DNA of 64,000 nucleotides. It comes from Longimicrobium sp. (GTDB lineage: Bacteria; Gemmatimonadota; Gemmatimonadetes; Longimicrobiales; Longimicrobiaceae). Position 1 is the first letter of the stretch, and the number at the start of each line of letters is the position of its first letter. The stretch covers positions 13,626-77,625 of the forward strand of contig NZ_DASVSF010000108.1 in the NCBI RefSeq assembly GCF_036388275.1, read 5' to 3'. The notes under the pieces are model-generated. The model was given only the letters and a program-made list of their open reading frames with translations. It was not told the DNA's origin and searched no databases. The position numbers were made by a program, and so were the translations under genes. This document shows, in pieces, positions 33,548-41,968 of the stretch.

Positions 33548-34828
33548 TTATCCTTGTTTGTTGAGCACGAGCGCACACTCTACTGCCTTCGTTACTTTAC
33601 GGTACTCGCGACCACGCGGGTGAATCGCCGCGAGATTCGCTCCAACCTTGAAGTTGGTCTGAGTCGCTACTGACCAACCCATGGACTCACCCATTTCTAC
33701 CACGATACGTGGAAGGTTGATGTGTAGTTCTTTGTAATAGGAGTCCTGGACGACGATCACCGACTTACCACCTGGCACAAGAATACGGTCCACTTCCTGT
33801 AAGGACCGGAACATCGAATCAAAATATTGCACGAAGTAGTTGAAGTAGTAAGTAGAAGACGCGCGCGAGCGATGAGTCTCGACTTCTTTCAGAACGTTGT
33901 GAGAGGTGGCTCCCCAATGCGGGGATAACTTAATCTCCCGACGAGCCATCGTGGGAGTTCCAGTCATGCGATCTCGCATCAGGTCGTCTTCAGCACGTGA
34001 GCAACCTAGGATCGCGAGTTCGGGTCGCGTAGCCACCACATAGTCAATCCTCGTAAGGTACGGAGGTGACGTTACGACTGCATCGATACCTGCGTCCGGT
34101 AGGGGCATAGAATCCGCAGAGGCGACCTCTAATCTGCAGTGTCTTCGGGTGTGTGACTCCGTTGCGCAGGTTGAGCCAGAGATAATCGAGTCCATCTCTG
34201 CCACGTTGCTAAGAAAGGCATTGTTCACCGTAGTCCGGTCAACAGACAGCTTATCTTCGGGCCCACCATCTTTGATCCAGGTCGGATTAGATGTTAGGAA
34301 CGGCCCCAGGAATCCACGCGTGGACCGAAACAGCGCAACGTAAAAGAACGCAGCTAACGAGGAAACCTCACTGAGAGGCGAGCAGTACAGACGCTGATAC
34401 TCATCGCGATCCAGCAGCAGCTCCTGAATCGCATGATCAAAGGTTCGAATAACAGACGCACTCGTCAAATCGAACCATCTGGTTAGAGGATCTGTTGCGG
34501 TGGAATCTAAGGGTAGACGACTTGCTTGATTGATGATTGCCCGGGCGAGCTTTCTTAAACTCCCATGGGCACGATAATCCAAGAGACGTGCCTTCGCCAC
34601 GACTACCATTACCGGATTCAGGTCAAAACCTGTCGCATGGTATCCAAGCTCACTGGCCAATTGTGTGCTCGTACCGCTTCCATTCCACGGATCTAATACC
34701 TGCGCCTCAGGGTGCAACCCGATGGACGAGAGCGCATCTCGAACGAAGTGGTCGGAATAACCAGCATAGTAGCTGTACCAATTCGACCGACTGCCTTTCT
34801 CGGTCGCGCGGCGCTTCGGATTCCTCAA
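33548..34828 (-). CDS. Amino (N6-adenine or N4-cytosine) DNA methyltransferase, motif order I then IV
   Basis: Motif I VLDPWNGSGTS (aa 45-55), motif IV AVVTSPPYLTRIDY (SPPY at aa 254-257). TTG start at 34828 with GGAG upstream; no in-frame ATG precedes motif I. Confidence 0.85.
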   Translation of the reverse strand: MRNPKRRATEKGSRSNWYSYYAGYSDHFVRDALSSIGLHPEAQVLDPWNGSGTSTQLASELGYHATGFDLNPVMVVVAKARLLDYRAHGSLRKLARAIINQASRLPLDSTATDPLTRWFDLTSASVIRTFDHAIQELLLDRDEYQRLYCSPLSEVSSLAAFFYVALFRSTRGFLGPFLTSNPTWIKDGGPEDKLSVDRTTVNNAFLSNVAEMDSIISGSTCATESHTRRHCRLEVASADSMPLPDAGIDAVVTSPPYLTRIDYVVATRPELAILGCSRAEDDLMRDRMTGTPTMARREIKLSPHWGATSHNVLKEVETHRSRASSTYYFNYFVQYFDSMFRSLQEVDRILVPGGKSVIVVQDSYYKELHINLPRIVVEMGESMGWSVATQTNFKVGANLAAIHPRGREYRKVTKAVECALVLNKQG

Positions 34829-34848
34829 TGGCTCCGGCTCAGGACAAA

Positions 34849-34864
34849 GTCAATGTGTTGACTC
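34849..34864. promoter_or_regulatory. Perfect palindrome AGTCAA-tgtg-TTGACT between the predicted promoter and the methyltransferase start (operator candidate)
   Basis: Seen directly. The octamer GTGTTGAC occurs again on the opposite strand at about 34897-34904, overlapping the -35 box. Confidence 0.4.
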
Positions 34865-34873
34865 AGACGCAGC

Positions 34874-34902
34874 ATTCTCATCGTTCTCAGCGCCGATGTC
34901 AA
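34874..34902 (-). promoter_or_regulatory. Sigma70-like promoter for the MTase-DUF262-HEPN operon
   Basis: Minus strand reads TTGACA-17 nt-GAGAAT, about 45 nt upstream of the TTG start. Confidence 0.4.
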
Positions 34903-34953
34903 CACTGCCTCTGGAATGAGCATGGTGCCAAAGCACAGAGGCACAACATGCAG

Positions 34954-34984
34954 GCGGCGCGGCCCCCGCCGGGAGCCGCGCCGC
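34954..34984. repeat. Fam-T palindrome (copy D) at the right edge of the island, immediately downstream of the RND operon
   Basis: GCGGCGCGGCccccgccgggaGCCGCGCCGCttcgtttt, in the same orientation as copies A and C. Confidence 0.7.
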
Positions 34985-35032
34985 TTCGTTTTAAATCTAG
35001 CCCTCCGTTCGCCGCGCTTCCGCGCGCCGCCG

Positions 35033-38000
35033 TCAGTCCGCCGCGATGGGCTCCGGGCGCGGGGCCGTCACCGGCGCGCGGTGCGCCTTCGTCGCGCCGC
35101 GGCGGAAGAGGCGGTTGGTGAAGTCGTCCAGGAGCGTGTAGACCACCGGCACCACGAACAGCGTCAGCAGCGTGGACGTGATCAGCCCGCCGATGACGGC
35201 GCGGCCCATGGGGGCGCGCTGCTCGGCGCCCTCGCCCAGCGCCAGCGCCAGCGGCAGCATGCCGAAGATCATCGCCACGGTAGTCATGATGATGGGCCGC
35301 AGGCGCGTGCGCCCGGCCGAAAGCAGCGCCTCGCGCCGCCCCATCCCCTCCTCGCGCTGCTGGTTGGCGAAATCCACCAGCAGAATGCCGTTCTTGGTCA
35401 CCAGGCCCATCAGCATGATGATGCCGATCATGGTGAACACGTTCAGGTTGCCGCCCGTGGCCAGCAGCGCCAGCGCCACGCCGATGAACGAAAGCGGCAG
35501 CGCCAGCATGATGGCCAGCGGCTGAAGGAACGAGCCGAACAGCGACGCCAGGATGATGTAGATGAAGATCACCGCCATCCCCAGCGCCGCCAGCACGAAG
35601 CCCTTGGTCTCGTTCAGGCTCTGCACGTCGCCTCGGAACACCGTGCGGTACCCCGCCGGCAGCCCCGCCGAGTCCAGCGCCGCCTGCGCCTCCGCCGCCA
35701 CAGTGCCCGTCGCGAAGCCGGGAAGCACGCCGGCGGAGATGGAGATCTGCCGCTCCAGCGACGCCCGCTCGATCTGCTGCGGGCCCATCCCCGGCCGCAC
35801 CGTGGCCACCTGCGACAGCGGGATCATCGCCGGCTGCCCGCTCGCCCCGTCCACCGAGCTGCTGGGCACCACGATCCCCGCCACGTCGGCCGCCGAGGTG
35901 CGCACCGAGTCGGGGTAGATCACCACCACGTCGTGGCTGTAGCCCTGCTCGTCTTCCCACTGGGTGGCGCGCTGGCCGGTGAACAGCGGCTGCAGCGTCT
36001 GCGCGATGCTCCCGATGCCCACGCCCGCCGCCCATGCCTGCTCGCGGTCCACGTCCACGTCCAGCTGCGGGATCTCGCCTTCCTGGCTGCTGTTGGGCTC
36101 GGCCACGCCGGGCACGCTTTCCAGCACCGCCATCACCTGCTCGGCCGCCAGCTTCAGCCGCTCCTGCTCCGGCCCCTGCACGTTCACCTGGATGGGCTGG
36201 CGGAAGCCGCCGAAGATGGTGGGCGTGCCGGTGATGTTCGCCCGCGCGCCGGGAATCCTGGCCAGCTGCCCGCGCAGGTCGTCCTGGATCTCCTGCTGCG
36301 ACCGCGCACGCTCGTCCCGCGGCTTCAGCTTCACGAAGATGCGCCCGTTGTTCGGCGATCCGCGGAAGCCGCCGCCGATGGACATGTAGGTGAAGTCCAC
36401 CTCCGGCATCTTGCGCAGCACGGTCCCCAGCTCGTGCCCGCGCGCCACGGTGTACTCCAGCCGAGAGCCCGGCGTCACGCGGAAGTTCACGTTGAACTCG
36501 CCGCCGTCGAAGTCCGGCACCCAGGTAAAGCCCAGCCGGGGGATGATGAGCATGGACGCCACGATGCACGCCGCGGCGAATCCCACGACCGTCTTGCGGT
36601 GGTCCAGCGCCCAGGCCAGCCCGCGGGGATATCGGTCCGCGACGCGCTCGAACCAGGCGTTGAAGGACAGGGCCACGCGGCGGATGGGGTTGCGCGCCCG
36701 CGGCTGCGCCTCGCCATGGTGCAGCGCCTCCGGGTCCGGCCACACGCTGGAAAGCATGGGGTCCAGCGTGAACGACACGAACAGCGACACCAGCACCGCG
36801 AACGCCACGACGACGCCGAACTGGAAGAAGATCAGGCCGATCTGCCCGCCCATGAAGGCCACGGGAATGAACACGGCGATCACCGCCAGCGTGGTGCTGA
36901 CCACCGCCAGCCCGATCTCGCTGGTGCCCTCGCGCGCGGCGGTGTGATGGTCCTTCCCCATCGACACGTGCCGGACGATGTTCTCGCGCACCACGATGGC
37001 GTCGTCGATCAGCAGGCCGATGGCCAGCGACAGCGCCAGCAGCGTCATGGTGTTGATGGTGAACCCGAACACCCACATCCCGAAGTACGCCGAGATGATG
37101 GAGATGGGCAGCGCCAGCCCGGTGATGATCGTCGACCGCCAGGAGTTCAAGAAGAAGTAGATGATGGCGATGCAGAGGATGGCGCCCAGGATCAGCTCGT
37201 GCTGCACCGACTCCAGCGACGCGCGGATGCGGCGCGAGTCGTCGCTCACCACCGTCATCTTCACGTCGGACGGCAGCTGCGCCTGCAGGGCATCCACCTC
37301 GGCGCGCACGCGGTCGGCTACCTCCACGGTGTTGCTTCCGCTGATCTTCAGGATCTCGACGGAGAGCGCGCGCCCCTCGTTCAGGTAGCTGGCGCTGCGG
37401 GCCTCCGCCGTGCCATCCACCACCGTGCCGACGTCGCCCAGGCGCACCGGCACGCCGCCGCGCACGGCCACGGTCACGTCGCGGAAGGTGCGCGGGTCTT
37501 CCACGCGGCCGGTGATGCGCACCAGTCGCTCCACGTCGCCGCGGCGCACGCGGCCGGCGGGCACTTCCTGGTTTTCGCGCTGCAGCGCCTGCGTCACCTG
37601 CGGGGGCGAGATGGCGTACGCCCGCATGGCGTCGGGGTTCAGCTGCACCTGGATCTGCCGGTTCGTGCCGCCGATCAGGTTCACGCCGCCCACCCCGGGA
37701 ATGGCCTCCAGCCGGGTGCTGATCACCTCGTCGGCCAGCTCGGTCAGCTCGCGCAGGGGGCGGTCGCCGCTCTGCACGGCGATGGACATGATGGCGCGCT
37801 CGTTGGGGTCGAACCGGATGATCACCGGGTCGTCGATGTCCGGGGGCAGCTGGCGGCGCATGCGGGCGATCTTGGACTGCACCTCCTGCTGGGCCGCCAT
37901 CACGTTCACGCCCAGCTGCAGCTGCACGCGCACCAGGGAGCTTCCCTCCAGCGAGGTGCTGGTGATCTCCTGGATCCCCTGCACGGTGTTCAGCGCCTCT

Positions 38001-38203
38001 TCGATGGGCTTGCTGACCTCGCGCTCCATCACCTCGGGGCTGGCGCCCGGATAGGATGTCTGCGCCACCACGATGGGGTAGCTGACGTCCGGGTATTCGT
38101 CGATGGCCAGCCGCTGGTAGCCGATGACGCCCAGCACCACCAGCGTCACCATCATCATGGTGGCGAACACCGGCCGCTTGATGGATACGTCCGAAAGGAA
38201 CAT
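35033..38203 (-). CDS. RND efflux transporter permease (AcrB/HAE1-type)
   Basis: 1056 aa with a 12-TM pattern. N-terminal MFLSDVSIKRPVFATMMMVTLVVLG. Typical AcrB-family segments throughout. Confidence 0.95.
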   Translation of the reverse strand: MFLSDVSIKRPVFATMMMVTLVVLGVIGYQRLAIDEYPDVSYPIVVAQTSYPGASPEVMEREVSKPIEEALNTVQGIQEITSTSLEGSSLVRVQLQLGVNVMAAQQEVQSKIARMRRQLPPDIDDPVIIRFDPNERAIMSIAVQSGDRPLRELTELADEVISTRLEAIPGVGGVNLIGGTNRQIQVQLNPDAMRAYAISPPQVTQALQRENQEVPAGRVRRGDVERLVRITGRVEDPRTFRDVTVAVRGGVPVRLGDVGTVVDGTAEARSASYLNEGRALSVEILKISGSNTVEVADRVRAEVDALQAQLPSDVKMTVVSDDSRRIRASLESVQHELILGAILCIAIIYFFLNSWRSTIITGLALPISIISAYFGMWVFGFTINTMTLLALSLAIGLLIDDAIVVRENIVRHVSMGKDHHTAAREGTSEIGLAVVSTTLAVIAVFIPVAFMGGQIGLIFFQFGVVVAFAVLVSLFVSFTLDPMLSSVWPDPEALHHGEAQPRARNPIRRVALSFNAWFERVADRYPRGLAWALDHRKTVVGFAAACIVASMLIIPRLGFTWVPDFDGGEFNVNFRVTPGSRLEYTVARGHELGTVLRKMPEVDFTYMSIGGGFRGSPNNGRIFVKLKPRDERARSQQEIQDDLRGQLARIPGARANITGTPTIFGGFRQPIQVNVQGPEQERLKLAAEQVMAVLESVPGVAEPNSSQEGEIPQLDVDVDREQAWAAGVGIGSIAQTLQPLFTGQRATQWEDEQGYSHDVVVIYPDSVRTSAADVAGIVVPSSSVDGASGQPAMIPLSQVATVRPGMGPQQIERASLERQISISAGVLPGFATGTVAAEAQAALDSAGLPAGYRTVFRGDVQSLNETKGFVLAALGMAVIFIYIILASLFGSFLQPLAIMLALPLSFIGVALALLATGGNLNVFTMIGIIMLMGLVTKNGILLVDFANQQREEGMGRREALLSAGRTRLRPIIMTTVAMIFGMLPLALALGEGAEQRAPMGRAVIGGLITSTLLTLFVVPVVYTLLDDFTNRLFRRGATKAHRAPVTAPRPEPIAAD

Positions 38204-38233
38204 CCCCGCCTTCTCTTCGTCTCTTGGTTTTCG

Positions 38234-38420
38234 GATGTCATCCCGACGGAGCGGCCACGATCAAGCTGCCGTCTGAACGACAGACCGTAGCGACCGAGGG
38301 ATCCGCCACACACTCCGCACTGGTGCACCACGCCTGCATCGTGGCGGATTCCTCAGTCGGCCCGCCGGGCGTGGGGGCACTCCGCTGCGATCCGCCCGGG
38401 GCCTCCTTCGGAATGACACT
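38234..38420. repeat. Inverted pair of diverged Fam-A repeats
   Basis: gatgtcatcccgacggagcggcc...gtagcgaccgagggatccgccacaca, then gtggcggattcctcagtcggc...ccttcggaatgaca. Confidence 0.7.
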
Positions 38421-38450
38421 CGCGCGGGGGCCCAGTCAGCGTCGGGTTCG

Positions 38451-39623
38451 TCAGCCGCCGCGGGCGCCGCCCTTGCCCTTGCCCTTTTCCGGCCCGCCCT
38501 CGCCCGCCATGCGCACGGCCATCCCCTCGCCCAGCACGCCCACGTTGCCGGCGATCACGCGGTCGCCCTCCGACAGGCCGGTGAGCACCTGCACCAGCCC
38601 CTGCGCCTCGTCCTTGAGGCCCACGGTCACCGGGGCCACGTCGACCTTGCCGTCCACCACGCGGTAGACCACCTGCCCACCGCCCTCGCCCCCCTCGCGG
38701 ATGGCGGAGGCGGGCACCACCATCGCCCCCTCGACCACGCGCGAAACGATGCGCCCGCTGGCGAAGGTGCCGGCGCGCAGCCGGCCCTCGGCGTTGGGCA
38801 CCTGCACGTACACCGTGACCGAGCGGCTGCCGGGGTCCACCGACGGGCTGATGCGCGCCACGCGGCCGGTGAACTGCGAACCATCCGCCGTAAACCGCAC
38901 GCTCTGCCCCGCGGCCACCCCGGCGGCGGCGCGCTCGGGAACGGCGGCGGCCAGCTCCAGCACGTCGCCGCGGACGAGGGTGAACAGACTGGCGTTCCGC
39001 GTGACGTGCTCGCCCGGGTTCACCGTCCGGCGCTCGATCACCCCGCTGACGGGTGCCACCACGCGGGTGTCGCCCACCTCGCGGCGGGTGCTGCCCCGGC
39101 GCGCCTGGGCGCTGGCCAGGCGGGCGCGGGCCGCGGCCACGGCGCCCTCGGCCACGCGCACGTCGCGCTCGGGGATGGCGCCCTCGCGGTGAAGCTCGCG
39201 GTTCTGGTCCAGCGTCCACTGCGCGGTGCCCAGCTCGCTGCGCGCGGCGGCCACGTCGGCGTCGGCGCTGCGGGCGTTGCCGGCCTGGTCGCCCGCCTCG
39301 AACACGGCCAGCAGCTGGCCGGCGCGCACGGGCTGCCCCTCGCGCACGTACACCTGCACCACGTCGCCCTCCAGCCGGGCGCGCACCTCGGCGCGCTCCA
39401 GCGGCTCCAGGTTGCCGGTGACGGGAATGGCGTCTTCCAGCGGCATCAGCTGGGGCGTGGTCACGTCCGTAGCCGCCAGGGTGACGGAGGGGCCGCGCCC
39501 CCCGCCGGGGCCGCCCGGACCGCCCTTGGGGGTCTCGGCGCCCGCATCCTTGGAGCAGGCGGCCGCCGTGGCCAGCAGGGTGCCGCAGGCGACGGCGCGA
39601 AGCGATGAATGCAGGAAGTGCAT
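38451..39623 (-). CDS. RND efflux periplasmic adaptor (membrane fusion protein) lipoprotein
   Basis: From the ATG at 39623: MHFLHSSLRAVACGTLLATAAAC, plus biotinyl/lipoyl-like and beta-barrel MFP motifs (VAPVSGVIERRTVNPGEHV...). Confidence 0.9.
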   Translation of the reverse strand: MHFLHSSLRAVACGTLLATAAACSKDAGAETPKGGPGGPGGGRGPSVTLAATDVTTPQLMPLEDAIPVTGNLEPLERAEVRARLEGDVVQVYVREGQPVRAGQLLAVFEAGDQAGNARSADADVAAARSELGTAQWTLDQNRELHREGAIPERDVRVAEGAVAAARARLASAQARRGSTRREVGDTRVVAPVSGVIERRTVNPGEHVTRNASLFTLVRGDVLELAAAVPERAAAGVAAGQSVRFTADGSQFTGRVARISPSVDPGSRSVTVYVQVPNAEGRLRAGTFASGRIVSRVVEGAMVVPASAIREGGEGGGQVVYRVVDGKVDVAPVTVGLKDEAQGLVQVLTGLSEGDRVIAGNVGVLGEGMAVRMAGEGGPEKGKGKGGARGG

Positions 39624-39631
39624 CGACGGGA

Positions 39632-41074
39632 TCACGGTGCGGTCGCCGAGGGCGACGGAATGGGCCGGCCCAGCGCGCGCGCCTGCTCGGCCGCCGCCAG
39701 GTACAGATCGAAGGTGGCGCGCGCCTCGTTGGTGCGCGCGGTCAGCAGGGCCAGCTGCGCGTCGGACACGTCGAGCTGCGTTCCCAGCCCGCGGGCGTAG
39801 CGCAGCGAGGCCAGGCGAAAGGCCTCCTCTGCCTCGGCCACGGTCTGGCGCACGGCCTCGAAGATGGCGCGCGCGCGGGCCATCTCGGCGCGCGCGGCGG
39901 CGGCCTGGGCGTTCGCCGTCTCCCGCGCCTGCTGCGCCTGCAGGTCGGCCACGGACGCCAGGGCGCGCGCCTGGCGCAGGTCGTTGCGGCCGCGCATGCC
40001 GTCGAACAGGGGAAAGCTGACGGCCAGCTGCAGCGAGCGGTCCGTGAACCATCCGCCGTTCTGCTGCGTGCACACGCGGTCGTCGGCGCTGCCCGCGGGA
40101 CAGTCCACCGTCTCCAGCGCGCCCACCCGCAGCGGCAGCGTCCAGTCCTGCGGGTACGCGGCCCAGCCGTTCACCAGGTTCACCGACACGGTGGGGAGCA
40201 TGGCCGAGCGCGCGATGCGCGCCTGGGCATCCGACGCCTGGGCCCGCAGCCGCGCGGCGCGCACGCCGGGAAGCGCGTCCAGCGCCGCCGAGTCTACCAG
40301 CGCCGCGCCCGCGGATCGATCCGCGATGGCGGCCACCGTCTCCGGCTGCAGGGTGGTGGTCAGGCGGATGGGCCGATTCTCGGGAATGTTGGTGATCCGC
40401 CGCAGCTCCAGCAGCGCCAGCTCGCGCTCGCCGCGCGCCTGGATGGCCAGCGGCTCCAGGTTGCTGCGCTCCACCCGTGCGCGAAGCACGTCGTAGCGCG
40501 AGCCGCGGCCCGCCGCCTCGAACTGCTCGGCCTGGCGGACGCGCGCGGCGGCCAGCGCCACGTTGGTGTCCTGGATGGCCACCAGCCGCTCGGCGAGCTG
40601 CGCGCGCAGGTACGCCTGCAGCGTCAGCAGCTGCACGTCCGTCTGCGTGGCCTCCAGGTCCGCCGCGGCCGCCTCGCGCTGGCGGCTGGCCGCGCGGATG
40701 CCCTGCACCCCCCGGCCGCCCTGGTACAGGGGGACGGACAGGTTCAGGTTGGCGCCGTAGGTGTTGGGCTGGTTGAAGATCTGCCCCACGGCCTGCGCGC
40801 GCGCGTTCTCGAAGACGTGGCTGAAGTTGCTGTTGAGGCGCAGCGCGGGAAGCTGCGCCGCGCGGGCGCTGCCCACGGCGGCGGAGGCCACGTCCAGCCG
40901 GCCCGCGGCGAGCCCGACCTCTTCGCCCTGCCCGGCCAGGCGCAGTGCCTGCTCCAGCGGCAGGTCCAGCGTGTCGCCGGCCTGTGCGGAAAGCGGCGCG
41001 GCGGCGGCCAGCGCCAGCAATAGAAACGCGGCCCCGTGCATCCGGGGGGCGCGTGCAAGGAACTTCGTCATCAC
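39632..41074 (-). CDS. TolC-family outer membrane efflux protein
   Basis: Signal peptide, then two tandem TolC repeats (LDLPLEQALRLA..., coiled Ala/Arg/Gln-rich helices). 480 aa. Confidence 0.9.
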   Translation of the reverse strand: MMTKFLARAPRMHGAAFLLLALAAAAPLSAQAGDTLDLPLEQALRLAGQGEEVGLAAGRLDVASAAVGSARAAQLPALRLNSNFSHVFENARAQAVGQIFNQPNTYGANLNLSVPLYQGGRGVQGIRAASRQREAAAADLEATQTDVQLLTLQAYLRAQLAERLVAIQDTNVALAAARVRQAEQFEAAGRGSRYDVLRARVERSNLEPLAIQARGERELALLELRRITNIPENRPIRLTTTLQPETVAAIADRSAGAALVDSAALDALPGVRAARLRAQASDAQARIARSAMLPTVSVNLVNGWAAYPQDWTLPLRVGALETVDCPAGSADDRVCTQQNGGWFTDRSLQLAVSFPLFDGMRGRNDLRQARALASVADLQAQQARETANAQAAAARAEMARARAIFEAVRQTVAEAEEAFRLASLRYARGLGTQLDVSDAQLALLTARTNEARATFDLYLAAAEQARALGRPIPSPSATAP

Positions 41075-41236
41075 GGAGGTACACCCGGGCCGGCGCGTGC
41101 GCCGGCCGTCTGCGAGGGAAACGGCCCGGAAGAACCGGGACGGTGCTAATTTAGCCGCAGAGGACGGGCGATTGAACCCCCGGCGAACGCGGCCCTCGTC
41201 AACAGGACACGCGTTCCGGCGGATTCGTTGGATGCG

Positions 41237-41878
41237 CTACAGGGCGGAGAGCGCGGCGTGGACGGCGAGGGGATCGAAGCGGGTGCCGGCGCCCGACTGC
41301 AGCAGGTGCGAGCGGGTCGGCGCGCTCATGGCCGCCTGGTACGGGCGCGGCCAGGTGACGGTGGCGAACACGTCGGCGACGCGAAAGATGCCGGCCAGCA
41401 CCAGGTCGCGCTCGGAAAGCCCGTCGCGGCGCAGCTCGGTGTGGTCGCGGTACTGGTTCTCGATCAGCAGGGCGATGCGGGGATGGTACGCCGCCCGGGC
41501 GATGTCGGCGCTCACCCGCGCCTGGCCGCGCACCCACTGCAGCTCCTGCGGAGACAGCGTGCCCCGGCGCTCGATCAGGTCCGCCGGCAGCGAGAGCATC
41601 CCCATCTCGTGAAGCTGCGCGGCCGTGTTCAGGATGTAGCGGTCGCCATCGCCAATGCCCATCGACGCGGCGATGCGCCCGGCCACCATCGCCACCCGCG
41701 CGGCGTGGTCCATCAGCCCCAGCTGCGGCTCCCGCGCCTGCAGCGCCAGTTCGAAGGCGTCGAGGATCCGGGACCGGGCGCCGTGAAGGTGGCCCTCCAG
41801 CTCCGCGGGGTCCACGCCGTCACCTACGCCGTGGGGTGGCGGCCCGTGCAGCTGCCGATGACGCATCCAGTCCAGCAC
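41237..41878 (-). CDS. HD-domain protein, degenerate HD-GYP-like
   Basis: AAQLHEMGMLSLPADLIERRGTLSPQELQWVRGQARVSADI resembles an HD-GYP output domain, but HE replaces HD and no GYP is present. Confidence 0.6.
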   Translation of the reverse strand: MLDWMRHRQLHGPPPHGVGDGVDPAELEGHLHGARSRILDAFELALQAREPQLGLMDHAARVAMVAGRIAASMGIGDGDRYILNTAAQLHEMGMLSLPADLIERRGTLSPQELQWVRGQARVSADIARAAYHPRIALLIENQYRDHTELRRDGLSERDLVLAGIFRVADVFATVTWPRPYQAAMSAPTRSHLLQSGAGTRFDPLAVHAALSAL

Positions 41879-41968
41879 GTGTCACTCTCCTGCGGGGGAA
41901 AACGCGGCGCGGTCCGGAGAGGGGACCCGCGTCCATGGGGATGACGAGGGATCGTGCGGGCCGTCACC

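Noticed and set aside
27100-35000. Integrase, transposase or tRNA gene marking the island
   Set aside because: Every ORF-track entry in the interval was read on both strands. No tyrosine/serine recombinase, DDE or HUH motif was recognised, and no tRNA-like cloverleaf was noticed by eye. This is not an exhaustive search; tRNAscan-SE or Aragorn should be run.
34916-38290. 1124-aa plus-strand ORF
   Set aside because: It is antisense to the RND permease, whose frame has unmistakable AcrB-like TM segments. The plus-strand translation is low-complexity.
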